Below, piece after piece: positions 47,660-57,842 of a stretch of DNA of 64,000 bases. Source of the stretch: Fibrobacteria bacterium (lineage in GTDB: Bacteria; Fibrobacterota; Fibrobacteria; UBA11236; JADFYW01); the NCBI GenBank assembly GCA_050294405.1, contig JBNKOC010000021.1, positions 1 through 64,000 on the forward strand, written 5' to 3'. The first letter of the stretch is position 1. Each line of letters opens with the position of its first letter. The notes below the pieces were generated by a model. It saw nothing but the letters and a program-made list of their open reading frames with translations, was not told where the DNA came from and did not search any database. A program made the position numbers and the translations under genes.

Positions 47660-48934
47660 TTAATTTTTGCGGGGAAAAAAATCCATAAAGGATTCTGGCG
47701 CTATCACTGTTCGCCCCAAGGCCTTTTCCAAATCCTGGCAACTGAGATCATCCAAAAACTTCCCTTCCCCATTGAGGCTATTGGGAGGAATTAAAACAGG
47801 CCCTGTTAAATGAGAATCTTTTAAGGCTTCTATAAAATCCCTGCCGCATAAAAGCCCTGTAACGCTAACTTCCTTGCCAAAAGTTTTATTTTCACAAACT
47901 TTAAGTTCTGAATTTAGCCCGTTTTTTTCTTTGAGGCTCGTCAATATTTTTTCCAAGGTGCCAGAGGCCAATTGGGCGGTTGCCACACTCACATTCCAAT
48001 CTTTAGGTGCTGCGGGCAGTTTTTTAGCCTGACTTTGGTAATCCTTTAGCAAATAACATAAAGTCCCTACTCCGTTTTCATATTGGGAAAAATCACCATA
48101 GTATTCTGGCGATGGCAGGGGTTCATTAGCTTTCACATACATTTCATCGGAGGCATATACAAAATTGCAGCCAAATTTTTCCTCGCATATTCTATTGTAA
48201 CTGTGGACAATATCAAGAGCCTCTTTGGCATCGGATTCGCTGAAAGTATTCAGGTCCACCAAATGGCGGCGGTGACCGGTCAACCCAACGGGCACCACTG
48301 ATATGCTTAACAATGAGGGATAAAATTCCATAAGCTCTTCGATGGATTTTTTTAACTGAGCTTTATCGTTCCAACCGGGAATTACCACCAATTGGGTGTG
48401 GAAATCAATTTGCTTTTCCCTAAGCCAATGAAGGCGCTCTAAAATGGGCTCTAATTTTTGATTCCCTAAGAGCTTTGCCCTAAGTTCCGGATCTGTGGCA
48501 TGGACGGAAATGTATATGGGAGATAAATGCTGTTCCACCACCCTGGTCCATTCCTTAGGGCCCATGTTAGATAAAGTCGTGAAATGCCCATCTAAAAAAG
48601 AGTAGCGGTAATCTTCATCCTTAACATAAAGAGATTTACGCATACCTCGGGGGTTTTGATACACAAAGCAAAAAACGCAATTGTTTTTGCACAAATGGAT
48701 TTTCATCACTTCGGGGATAATGCCAAGAGTGGAGCCGTAATCCCGGTCCAGTTCCATTTGCAACAGTTCCTGGCCCCGCATAACTTCCAGTTCTAGATTT
48801 TCTTCGGATTTATAAAATTCAAAATCCAGCCTGTCGCGCACTTCCTCTCCATTTATTTTCAGGATTTTATCTCCGGCCATAAGGCCGGCTTCCATGGCCA
48901 GGGAGTTTTCTTCAATTTCTGCAATTTTAATCAT
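47660..48934 (-). CDS. PDZ + radical SAM-like DUF512 protein
   Basis: N-terminal PDZ, CKNNCVFC, SLYVKDEDYR.SF, SVVPVGLT. Confidence 0.88.
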   Translation of the reverse strand: MIKIAEIEENSLAMEAGLMAGDKILKINGEEVRDRLDFEFYKSEENLELEVMRGQELLQMELDRDYGSTLGIIPEVMKIHLCKNNCVFCFVYQNPRGMRKSLYVKDEDYRYSFLDGHFTTLSNMGPKEWTRVVEQHLSPIYISVHATDPELRAKLLGNQKLEPILERLHWLREKQIDFHTQLVVIPGWNDKAQLKKSIEELMEFYPSLLSISVVPVGLTGHRRHLVDLNTFSESDAKEALDIVHSYNRICEEKFGCNFVYASDEMYVKANEPLPSPEYYGDFSQYENGVGTLCYLLKDYQSQAKKLPAAPKDWNVSVATAQLASGTLEKILTSLKEKNGLNSELKVCENKTFGKEVSVTGLLCGRDFIEALKDSHLTGPVLIPPNSLNGEGKFLDDLSCQDLEKALGRTVIAPESFMDFFPRKN

Positions 48935-49087
48935 AAATCAGTTCTTAGGGCCAAAGGCCATTTGGAATATAGCTCATTTTCCTGAAAAAACGAGTGAATT
49001 GCCCCTTTCAACCTCCTATGGATAATTGTTCTTTATGAAGAAAGCCAAACATCGTAAAATGAGGAAAAACCAAAGTTTAAAAGCCAG

Positions 49088-50209
49088 ATGAAAAGCCCTA
49101 AAAAAATAGTCCTGGATTTGCGCCCCCTGCAATGCAGCTACAAAAATAAGGGCATAGGCAGATACTGCTATTTTTTGGCCAAAGAACTTTCCAAAACCGG
49201 CCAATATTTCAGCCTGATTTTTAAATCTGCGCCCTCGCCAGGCCTTGCCATCGCCCCCCTTATTTGCGCTCCCATGCTAAAACGCCAATGGCTTTGGGAT
49301 ATGTTTATTTTGCCCTTCCATTTGTGGGTTCGAAAAGTAGATGTATTCCACAACTTTGTGGCTTTAGGTCCCCTGGACCGCATTTCTCCCCCTCTATTAT
49401 TTTTGCATAAAACCGTAATCACCATCCATGATATACATATGTTCGAATCTAAGAAAAACGATCTTGATAATTTTTACAAAAATACCATGCGCATAAAATT
49501 GCAAAAAGCCTTAGTTAGGAATAGCGCAAAAATTATTTTTGACACCAACTTAGTGAAAGAAAAGTTAATGGACAAATGGGATTTTCCCCCGGAAAGATGT
49601 GAAACAGTACCTCTCGGTGGAAACCATGTAGAAAACTGGCAAACAAAAGAAGTTCTGCTACCTAGTGGAGCAAAGGCTGAAGAAATATGTTATCTACTTT
49701 CTATAGGGGATACTCCCAATAAAAACCTGGCCTTGGGTTACCAGATACTGAAAATTTTGCGCAAAAGCAATCCGAATGTCCATTGGATAATTTGCGGAGA
49801 CCCCAATAGATTAGAAAGCTATTTCACTTCCAGGGAGAACAACTGGATTCATTTTTTATCTCATGTATCTGACGAGGAGTTGTGTTATTTATACCGACAT
49901 GCCCAAATGTTACTTTTTCCATCTGCCATCGAAGGTTTTGGAATTCCCGTGGTTGAAGCGGCTTATTTAAGCTGCGCTATTGTAGTGGGCAACACGCGCC
50001 CCATGAGTGACCACATCAGTTGGAAAAGCGAGCTTAATTCAGAAGATTTTTCCCCAAAAAATGCGGAAAAATGGGCCGATGAGTGCCGGGAACTCTTGGA
50101 AAAAACCTCCAAAAAAGCGCAGCGCGTTGCCCTGGGAAAAGAATTTTCCCGGCATTTTCACTGGGCCCAAAGCGCAAAATCCTTTGCTCAGTTCTATTCT
50201 GCTATTTAA
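49088..50209 (+). CDS. Glycosyltransferase family 4
   Basis: GIGRY, ITIHD, FPS.IEGFGIPVVEA. Confidence 0.88.
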   Translation: MKSPKKIVLDLRPLQCSYKNKGIGRYCYFLAKELSKTGQYFSLIFKSAPSPGLAIAPLICAPMLKRQWLWDMFILPFHLWVRKVDVFHNFVALGPLDRISPPLLFLHKTVITIHDIHMFESKKNDLDNFYKNTMRIKLQKALVRNSAKIIFDTNLVKEKLMDKWDFPPERCETVPLGGNHVENWQTKEVLLPSGAKAEEICYLLSIGDTPNKNLALGYQILKILRKSNPNVHWIICGDPNRLESYFTSRENNWIHFLSHVSDEELCYLYRHAQMLLFPSAIEGFGIPVVEAAYLSCAIVVGNTRPMSDHISWKSELNSEDFSPKNAEKWADECRELLEKTSKKAQRVALGKEFSRHFHWAQSAKSFAQFYSAI

Positions 50210-50283
50210 GCCTCCCAAATCAAAAAAAAACTCCCAAAAACTTGGGAAAAAGGGAAAAAAATTTAACTTTTCCCAGCATTGGA

Positions 50284-50370
50284 GCCCGGGTGGCGGAATT
50301 GGTAGACGCTGAGGACTTAAAATCCTTTCCTCTTTTGAGGGTACGAGTTCAAGTCTCGTCCTGGGCACCA
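50284..50370 (+). tRNA. tRNA-Leu(TAA)
   Basis: gcccggg acceptor stem, D-loop ggtag, anticodon loop ct-taa-aa, long variable arm, gttcaa T-loop, CCA end. Confidence 0.95.
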
Positions 50371-51000
50371 AATTAAAATTAGCGACTCCCCCATTTTCCA
50401 TTCCTAAATCAAATTTCGCCCTCTTTAAACATTCAAATTTGATTTCCAAAATCCATGGATTCAAATCACGCTTCAGTTCTTGTTGCCAACCGACCCCTAA
50501 TCCAGTCTAAAATAATCCGGTACATAATTATGTTTGTGCTGCGTTCAAAAACCAGCCTGCTGTTTTTATTTTCCTGTAGGATGTTATAAAGGGTGCAACT
50601 TTTTTTGAGAGGAACGGGTTTTGGAAACCCAAAACCCGTTATAATAATTAGGCCGCAATTAATCGCGCAACGGACACTAATTGAAGCATCCTATATATAG
50701 AAAAACCCGCATGAAGCAATCAATATTTTTTTTAACAATAGAACACTTTTCTGTGCAGATTAAAAATAATCGGTATAAAATAATCAGTTCCAATTGTAGT
50801 TGGATTAAACTTTTATCCAATACTTATTTTTTCCTAATTTATTCCCCAAAATAATTGAATCCTCACAAAAAGACTGAATTGAGTTTGCTTTTCATATCAA
50901 GAGCGGATTTTATAAACTTTTACATAAAAATGCCGTACAATTAGAGTCACGAAACGATGCTCCTTTTATAGCAGGAGTGTATATTTTTTGAAGGGAAATT

Positions 51001-51612
51001 ATGGACAAGGAATTGCTGGAAATATTGATTGTTGAAGACAACCAAGACGATTTAAGGTTAATATTGCGCCTGGCGGAAAAAGAATATGCAAATATGCAAG
51101 TCACCAGCGCTTCGACTCTGTCACAGGCAATGGATAAAATCAGCCAAAAAAAATTCGATGCCATTGTTTTGGATTTGGGTCTTCCAGATTCCTGGGGTTA
51201 TGAAACATTTGAAAAAATATTCAGCATTATCCCTCAGACCCCCATTGTGGTTAATAGCGCCTTAAACGAAGAAGGTATGGCTTTTATCGCCTTAAAAAAA
51301 GGCGCGAAAAAATATTTCACCAAAGGGCCTAATTCCAATAAAGATATATTGGACTACATATTAAATTACGATCCAAGCCAGGACCCCGCTCCAATCCCTC
51401 AGGATTTGAAACCTCCACCGGAAAAAACTCAAATATACAACCCTCGCTTAAGCCATGATTTAAGGGGTTGTTTCAATAACATACTGGCTTTTCAACAAAT
51501 TATTGAAACTGAAGCCCATATTTCCGATCCGGAAATGCTGGATATGGTAAAGCGCATAAAAATCCGTTGCGAAGACGGATTGAATTTAATTTCCCTTCAT
51601 TTTAAAAAATAA
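51001..51612 (+). CDS. Response regulator with C-terminal HisKA-like segment
   Basis: IVEDN, LDLGLPD receiver; LSHDLR H-box-like motif with no ATPase domain. Confidence 0.8.
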   Translation: MDKELLEILIVEDNQDDLRLILRLAEKEYANMQVTSASTLSQAMDKISQKKFDAIVLDLGLPDSWGYETFEKIFSIIPQTPIVVNSALNEEGMAFIALKKGAKKYFTKGPNSNKDILDYILNYDPSQDPAPIPQDLKPPPEKTQIYNPRLSHDLRGCFNNILAFQQIIETEAHISDPEMLDMVKRIKIRCEDGLNLISLHFKK

Positions 51613-51621
51613 CCCGATGTT

Positions 51622-52755
51622 ATGAATAAATTATATTTATTTGTATTCATATTTTTTTGGGGAGCTATTACCGGATGCTTTAAAAAAAATATCGAGAGCA
51701 TCAATATCGGCTATATTGGCCCCCTTTCCACCCGCGCCACGGATTTAGGCGTAGCTCCCGCAAAAGCCATGGAACTTGCCGTAGAGGAATACAACCTCAG
51801 CCGGCCAGATGGAGCCCCTAAAGTAATGCTCCACATTGAAGACGACCAATGGGAAAAATCAAAATCTCTTCCCGCCTACGAAAAATTGCGAAAGAAACAT
51901 AAAATTGATATTCTGCTCATCAGCAATACGGATGGCACCGTTGCGGTGCAGAATAAATTACTGGAAGACAAGGTTATATGTGTCAACCCTTTAAATAGCG
52001 ATGAGCTTTTGTCTTCTTTAAATAAAAACACTTTTAAAATCGCCAAGCGCACAGAAGACGCCAACGCCCTGGTGGCTGTCCGTATTTCTGAATTGGGACT
52101 CAAAAAAGTCTTAATTTTTCATTACCCAAACGACTTTATGACCCGGGGAGCAAATGCAGCTAAGGCCGTTTTAGACGAATCCGGGGTTTACAATGAAATA
52201 CATTTAATGAGCAAAGGAAAAAAAAATTATGAAGAGGAGCTCTCCAAAGCTAAAGCAGAAGGCTTTGATGCTTACGTATTCTTTGGTTATCAGGAATTTG
52301 GCTTTGCCATGAAACAGGCAAGACAGATGGGAATAACGGCTCCTTTTTTTGGTTCCACGGTACTATTAACCCCGGAGTTTTACGACAATTCAGAAGGGGC
52401 CATTGTGGGCAGCGAGTTCCCCTTTTTCACCTCAGCGGATGGCAATTACATATTAGCCCATGAGTTTTTGCAAAAATACGGGGCTAAATATGGAGAATCG
52501 CCATTTTCAGTATGGCCCCCCCTCCAGGCCTATGACGCCATTAACATCCTCTTAAATGAAATCAGGCAAGTAAATGAAAGTATAAAAAAATCGGAACATT
52601 TTAGCGACTGGTTGCGACGTCGGCTCCACAAAGTTCAGTACTACCAGGGGGTTTGCGGCAACATTTCCATTGATAAAGATGGAGCAAGTAAAGGCATTTA
52701 TTTCAGCCTTTACAGCTATAAAGCAAAAGGCAAGATAGCTAAAGTGAAGCGCTGA
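51622..52755 (+). CDS. LivJ-like substrate-binding lipoprotein
   Basis: Lipobox ITGC; INIGYIGPLS, LAVEEYN, QAYDA, YQGVCG. Confidence 0.85.
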   Translation: MNKLYLFVFIFFWGAITGCFKKNIESINIGYIGPLSTRATDLGVAPAKAMELAVEEYNLSRPDGAPKVMLHIEDDQWEKSKSLPAYEKLRKKHKIDILLISNTDGTVAVQNKLLEDKVICVNPLNSDELLSSLNKNTFKIAKRTEDANALVAVRISELGLKKVLIFHYPNDFMTRGANAAKAVLDESGVYNEIHLMSKGKKNYEEELSKAKAEGFDAYVFFGYQEFGFAMKQARQMGITAPFFGSTVLLTPEFYDNSEGAIVGSEFPFFTSADGNYILAHEFLQKYGAKYGESPFSVWPPLQAYDAINILLNEIRQVNESIKKSEHFSDWLRRRLHKVQYYQGVCGNISIDKDGASKGIYFSLYSYKAKGKIAKVKR

Positions 52756-52759
52756 AAAT

Positions 52760-54739
52760 ATGAATAGTTCCATTCGCAAAAGACTAGTCCTTTCTTACAG
52801 CGTCATCTTTGCGGTTTTGGTTGTTAGCATCGGTTTAAATGGATTTATCCAATTTCGCGCCTCCAACACTTTTTCCCGAATAAAAGAACGCGCCATACCC
52901 GCGCTCGAAACCCTGGATAAATTTGAATCTATAAATAGCGAATTACGCTTGCTCATCATTAACTACACCTTAGTCGAGGGCATAGGCAAGCTGGATGACG
53001 AGAACCGTATTCGCGGAATCATAGAAGTGGAAATTCCCAACCTCGTATCCAGAATAGACCAAACAAAAACTGAAAATAATCTGTCTCAAAGCCGGGCATT
53101 TTTGTTTGACAACATACTAGCCCAATCCACAAAAATTTTGGAACACAGCAAGACGATTTTATTCATTTTAAAAACCAAAGAAGATTACAACAACCCTGAA
53201 AAACTCTTAAATGTCAAAACTATTTTGGAAAACGATTTTTTACCTCTGTCCAGCACCCTCCACTGGACCTTGCAAAACGCCCAATCAGACTATGACAATG
53301 AAAACAATAATTTGCAAATAAATTTATCCCAAATACTAAGCCTAATCACTAACATCAGCTTTGCATTGGGTATTTTAGGAATTATTTTAAGCCTGTTTAT
53401 CGCCTACAAAACCACCAACGCCATTGTAAACCCCATTAATAAATTAATTAACGCTACCAGGCAAGTTGTTATCGGCAACTATGAAGCTCATGTGGATTTA
53501 ACCGGCAAAGACGAAGTCACTCAATTGGGCAGCGATTTTAATATCATGACCCAATCCATTAAGCGGGGTTTTGAAAACGAGCAAAAAAACCAGAGAGATC
53601 TTGAAGCCCAGCAGAAAGAATTGGAAAAAGAAATTGATGTCAGAATTCAAATTGAAAAAAAATTGCGAGTTATTGATCAAGCCATAAGGCAAAGCCCCAT
53701 TATGGTGGAAGTTACAGATTTAAACGGAAAAGTGGATTTTGTAAACGAAAGCTTTGAAAAAATTACCGGTTACTCCCAAGATGAAGTAAAGGGAAAAAAA
53801 CTCAGCTTTTTAAAATCGGGAAAAACGCCTGAGAACCAATTTAGCGAATTGTGGCAGGCCCTAAAAAATAAAAAAAGCTGGACTGGCGTGCTTATTAACA
53901 AAAAAAAATCAGGTGAACATTTTTACGCATCCAAGGTGATTTCTCCTGTGGTGGGTCCAGATGGACAGGTTAGCCATTACATAGGAATCGGGGAAGATAT
54001 TAGTGAAAAAATTGAAAATGAAAAAAAATTAAAACATCTTATGGATGAGCTCAAAAATAAAAATGAGGAACTGGAACAATTTGCCTACAGTACTTCACAT
54101 GATTTGCGCAGTCCACTTAAAACCATCCAGGGATTAAGCGTGGCGCTGCAAGAGGAGTTAGATGAAGGAAATTATGGAATGATAAAAGAGTTTAGCAATT
54201 CCATACTTCATTCGGCTCAAAAGTTAGATCAGCTCATATTAAATATTTTTGAATACACCAAAGCCCGTGAAGGGCAATACGAATACTCAACAATTGATTT
54301 TAAAGATATATGGGCAGAGCTTATTAAAAATGGGGCGCTCCCCGCCACCGATAAAGTGAAAATTTCCACGAGTTGGTCCCATAAGCACGGTTTTATTTCG
54401 CAAAAAGTCCGCATATATCAAATTTTATCTAACTTAGTTTCTAATGCGATTAAATATTCCAATCCTGAGGAACCCAATCCTATTGTAAGAGTAAAAACAG
54501 ACTCCATGGACAACAATAACATTAAGCTAATTGTAGAAGACAATGGAATTGGGATCCCGGAACATTTGAGGCATAAAATATTTACCATGTTTTTCAGGGC
54601 TTCATCGGAAAACATCAGTGGAACCGGTTTGGGTTTATCTTTAGTCAAAAAACACGTAGAACGGTTAAATGGAAAACTTGAATACATTCCCCTTGAAAGA
54701 GGAACCCAATTCGTAGCTATTTTACCCAGTAAAAATTAA
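52760..54739 (+). CDS. HAMP/PAS sensor histidine kinase
   Basis: Two TM helices, HAMP, PAS, FAYSTSHDLRSPL, NLVSNAIKY, GTGLGL. Confidence 0.93.
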   Translation: MNSSIRKRLVLSYSVIFAVLVVSIGLNGFIQFRASNTFSRIKERAIPALETLDKFESINSELRLLIINYTLVEGIGKLDDENRIRGIIEVEIPNLVSRIDQTKTENNLSQSRAFLFDNILAQSTKILEHSKTILFILKTKEDYNNPEKLLNVKTILENDFLPLSSTLHWTLQNAQSDYDNENNNLQINLSQILSLITNISFALGILGIILSLFIAYKTTNAIVNPINKLINATRQVVIGNYEAHVDLTGKDEVTQLGSDFNIMTQSIKRGFENEQKNQRDLEAQQKELEKEIDVRIQIEKKLRVIDQAIRQSPIMVEVTDLNGKVDFVNESFEKITGYSQDEVKGKKLSFLKSGKTPENQFSELWQALKNKKSWTGVLINKKKSGEHFYASKVISPVVGPDGQVSHYIGIGEDISEKIENEKKLKHLMDELKNKNEELEQFAYSTSHDLRSPLKTIQGLSVALQEELDEGNYGMIKEFSNSILHSAQKLDQLILNIFEYTKAREGQYEYSTIDFKDIWAELIKNGALPATDKVKISTSWSHKHGFISQKVRIYQILSNLVSNAIKYSNPEEPNPIVRVKTDSMDNNNIKLIVEDNGIGIPEHLRHKIFTMFFRASSENISGTGLGLSLVKKHVERLNGKLEYIPLERGTQFVAILPSKN

Positions 54740-54740
54740 T

Positions 54741-55169
54741 ATGTATATGATAAATTTAGCGCTTATACTTGATGACGACCCCTTTGATTTGATGCTAACT
54801 AATAGAGCAGTCAAAAAAAGCGGAATTTGTGAAAACAATGTTCTTTTGAGAAACCCTGTGGAAGCTTTGGAGTACTGCTTCAAATTAAAACAAGGTCAAA
54901 ATCCTGCAACTCCGGACATGATGATAATCGACATTAACATGCCCGAAATGACTGGCTTCGAGTTTATGGAAGGACTAAAAAAAATAAACTTTGACTTTAC
55001 AAAAACAGCCATTGTCATTTTAACATCATCCTTTAACCAAAGGGATGTGGATAAAGCAAAAAATCTTGGTGTACCCAATTTTTTTGTAAATAAGCCTTTA
55101 ACCGCTCCCAATATTAAAAGCCAGTTAGCCGATGTTTTAGCGTTTCTAGATAATAGTTCTAAAAGCTGA
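54741..55169 (+). CDS. Single-domain response regulator
   Basis: ILDDD, IDINMP, ILTSS, KPL. Confidence 0.9.
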   Translation: MYMINLALILDDDPFDLMLTNRAVKKSGICENNVLLRNPVEALEYCFKLKQGQNPATPDMMIIDINMPEMTGFEFMEGLKKINFDFTKTAIVILTSSFNQRDVDKAKNLGVPNFFVNKPLTAPNIKSQLADVLAFLDNSSKS

Positions 55170-55176
55170 CCAACAA

Positions 55177-56046
55177 TCAGGAAACCACGTTTTTAAGCTT
55201 TTCGTTTAACGCTTCGGGAAAACTTTTCTCCCAACTTTGAATAAGTTTTCCGTTTTCAAGCAACATTACATAAGGATAATTTTCGGATATTTGCTCTTTT
55301 GTTTTATTGGTAATTTGACAATGTTCGGCCTTTAGATTTTCCAAATCAGAATCCGCAGAAAGAACAAAAATATTTTTTTCTTTAAGAACATCAGTCAGCA
55401 AGTTTATTTTTGAAATCCAATACTTACAGGATTCACATGCGTTTTCCAATAAGAATACGTAATTACGGCCCTTTTTTATTTTATCCGTCCATAGGGAACA
55501 CCAGGAATCCTCCCATTCAGTGATTGGATTTAAGGTTTTGCCAAAACCCCAGCCATTCCAACCAATGCGCACCAATATAAATCCCAGAGGGTAAATTAAT
55601 AATGCCATAACTGAAACTTTATTGGGGAGAGCTTCCTGAGTTGCAAACAACATCCAGCAGGCAACCAAAATCCCCGCCAGTGCGTTTATTGCCAGGCTCA
55701 ACCCAATTGGCATTTCTATTGAAGGTCCATAACATCCGCAATTTCCCAGCTTGTTAAATTTGTGGCCCAAAAAAGAGTGCAAGCTTCCCATACATATAAA
55801 AGCGAGTACCAACCAGGAAGTAAAATAACTTAGCCCTTGACTTAGAAGTGAAAATGCCAAAAATAGCTCGGTTGAGATCACCACCGGGACTATATATAGG
55901 GCTGCATCACCCGGCCAAAAATTTGTTTTTTTTAAAATATGATATAAATGAGAAGGCTTGGTTAATTTTAAAAGGGCCGTTATAAGTAAAAAGAAACCAA
56001 TAACTATTTCTACAAGCTTTAAAAAGGAACCATCCGCCATAAGCAT
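55177..56046 (-). CDS. MauE/DoxX family membrane protein with thioredoxin-like tail
   Basis: TM helices, NCGCYG, CESC. Confidence 0.8.
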   Translation of the reverse strand: MLMADGSFLKLVEIVIGFFLLITALLKLTKPSHLYHILKKTNFWPGDAALYIVPVVISTELFLAFSLLSQGLSYFTSWLVLAFICMGSLHSFLGHKFNKLGNCGCYGPSIEMPIGLSLAINALAGILVACWMLFATQEALPNKVSVMALLIYPLGFILVRIGWNGWGFGKTLNPITEWEDSWCSLWTDKIKKGRNYVFLLENACESCKYWISKINLLTDVLKEKNIFVLSADSDLENLKAEHCQITNKTKEQISENYPYVMLLENGKLIQSWEKSFPEALNEKLKNVVS

Positions 56047-56137
56047 AAATTAAAAATTAATATTCCCTATTCCAGGGTTTTTCATATTACTTGGGGAAGC
56101 TTGGAATTTATTTTAAATTGAAGAGCGTAACTTTTAT

Positions 56138-56953
56138 ATGCCAGCTAAAGCCATTGTGAAAAATAAAATGCGGAAATTTGACAACTGGAGCCTTGGACTC
56201 CTTGCATTACTGGCCATAAGCCTCTTTGTGAGTTGTACTGTTTTACCTCTAAATAATTTTCAAGATGGCAGGACTTTAGGCGAAGACAATGTCAAGGTTA
56301 AATTAGCAGCCAGCTACTCCCCCTCCTTTATTTTTAATTACGACAGTAGCCAATCCAGCGGCAATTCACCTTCATATAGGGTAAAACCCAATAAACAACA
56401 ATCTCTGGCACAATTGGAACTCAATGCAGGAGTCCTTCAACAGTTGGATGTTGGTTTTGGCCTTTACACCAGCTTTGGAGCCCTCGGAGGTTATTTCACC
56501 TCTAAGGCGGCTTTATTCCCTCCTGATTTTCCACTTGGAATAGCCCTACTAGCTAATGCAGGAGGTGGATCCAGTTGGCTTCCAGATGTTAACAGTTCTG
56601 GAAACGAGGATTACGAAGATATAGAAATTAATTTTCAAACCCTTTTTGTCGCATTAGGAGCACCCATTAGCATACACCCTGGAGCTGGCCTGGGGCTTTA
56701 TTTTCAGCCAAAATATTCTTATGTATATAACTCTGGGCGAGTGGATATGGATGCTGGCTTTGACGTAAAAACATCAGGCCATAAACATCTCAATCTTTGG
56801 GGAGCAGCAACAGGTGTTAAAATAGGCCCTTTTCTTAATAACAAAATCCCCGGCGTTGCACTGGAAGGCAGTTTTTTAAAGGACCGTAATTTAAAATGGC
56901 TGTATTCCATTGGCGCCCAAATGGATTTGTCTTTTTTAATAGTCAAAAAATAG
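56138..56953 (+). CDS. Hypothetical lipoprotein, possible beta-barrel
   Basis: Lipobox FVSC; NFQDGRTLG motif; start may be 56168. Confidence 0.7.
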   Translation: MPAKAIVKNKMRKFDNWSLGLLALLAISLFVSCTVLPLNNFQDGRTLGEDNVKVKLAASYSPSFIFNYDSSQSSGNSPSYRVKPNKQQSLAQLELNAGVLQQLDVGFGLYTSFGALGGYFTSKAALFPPDFPLGIALLANAGGGSSWLPDVNSSGNEDYEDIEINFQTLFVALGAPISIHPGAGLGLYFQPKYSYVYNSGRVDMDAGFDVKTSGHKHLNLWGAATGVKIGPFLNNKIPGVALEGSFLKDRNLKWLYSIGAQMDLSFLIVKK

Positions 56954-56973
56954 GGAAACACTTCTCCCTGTTT

Positions 56974-57681
56974 TTATAGCTTCCCTTTGGAATTTAATTC
57001 AAGAGAATCTAGCACTTCCTTTAAAGCTTTGTCGAATTCCGGGATTAGCTTTTTATGCTTTTGATTAAAATAAGGGTAGGTAAAGACGGTATCCAACACC
57101 ACTTCCTTAAACCGATTAAAAGCATCTTCTTTTATCTCATTCCTAACAGTTACATTAACTTCAATGTATACATCTGCTTTTCCCGATTTTACAGCCTCGA
57201 CTCCTTCAGCCAAATGGGTAATTGGAACCCGAAGGGAATCAGCAACATGGGTCTCTACAGCTATTTTATGAAATATAAATCCATCGTTATAAGCCACTTT
57301 TAAATTTTGCTTTGATAAATCTTTCCAGCTTTTGAACTGAATATCGGGCTTTATATAAAAACCACTCAAAATCAATTCAAATAATACTGTTGTTCCCTGA
57401 ATAAGCTCTGGATACAATTCTCCATATTCCTTAACCCTGGCGATTTCCAAATCTGCCTTGCCTAATGTTACATAGTCCCCGCATTTTTTGGGCACACAGC
57501 CTTGAACTTTAACAGCCTTTCCCAACTTGGCAAAAACCAGATTTAAAATGAGTTCGCCCTTTACACGCAGCTCCTCGTGACCCGCTCTCGGCCCTACAGC
57601 CAACAGTGTGTCTGCTGAGGGACTTGCTAACAACACAACAGGCAAGAAAACAAGTAATGGTAAAGCTTTAAAAAAGTGCAT
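56974..57681 (-). CDS. Solute-binding protein (family 3-like)
   Basis: Signal peptide; SWKDL, VKSGKADVYI, YFNQKHKKLIPEFDKAL. Confidence 0.7.
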   Translation of the reverse strand: MHFFKALPLLVFLPVVLLASPSADTLLAVGPRAGHEELRVKGELILNLVFAKLGKAVKVQGCVPKKCGDYVTLGKADLEIARVKEYGELYPELIQGTTVLFELILSGFYIKPDIQFKSWKDLSKQNLKVAYNDGFIFHKIAVETHVADSLRVPITHLAEGVEAVKSGKADVYIEVNVTVRNEIKEDAFNRFKEVVLDTVFTYPYFNQKHKKLIPEFDKALKEVLDSLELNSKGKL

Positions 57682-57793
57682 TAGGACTTATGTAAAAGCA
57701 CAAAGGTTATTTAATGAGGAATTAGCCCCCGACTCTGCTAGAGTAAAAATTATATAAAAATGTTCAACTCATGCGTTTTTTTTCCAGGCATAA

Positions 57794-57819
57794 AAAAAGG
57801 AGGCCAAAGCCTCCTTTTT
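57794..57819 (-). terminator. Intrinsic terminator
   Basis: aaaaaggaggc / gcctccttttt. Confidence 0.75.
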
Positions 57820-57842
57820 CATAAAAATTTTAAAGCAGGGTT

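Noticed and set aside
50613..50680. Hairpin aacgggttttgg/ccaaaacccgtt downstream of tRNA-Leu as an IS end or att site
   Set aside because: Single copy, no partner repeat, and no duplication of the tRNA 3' end found in the window
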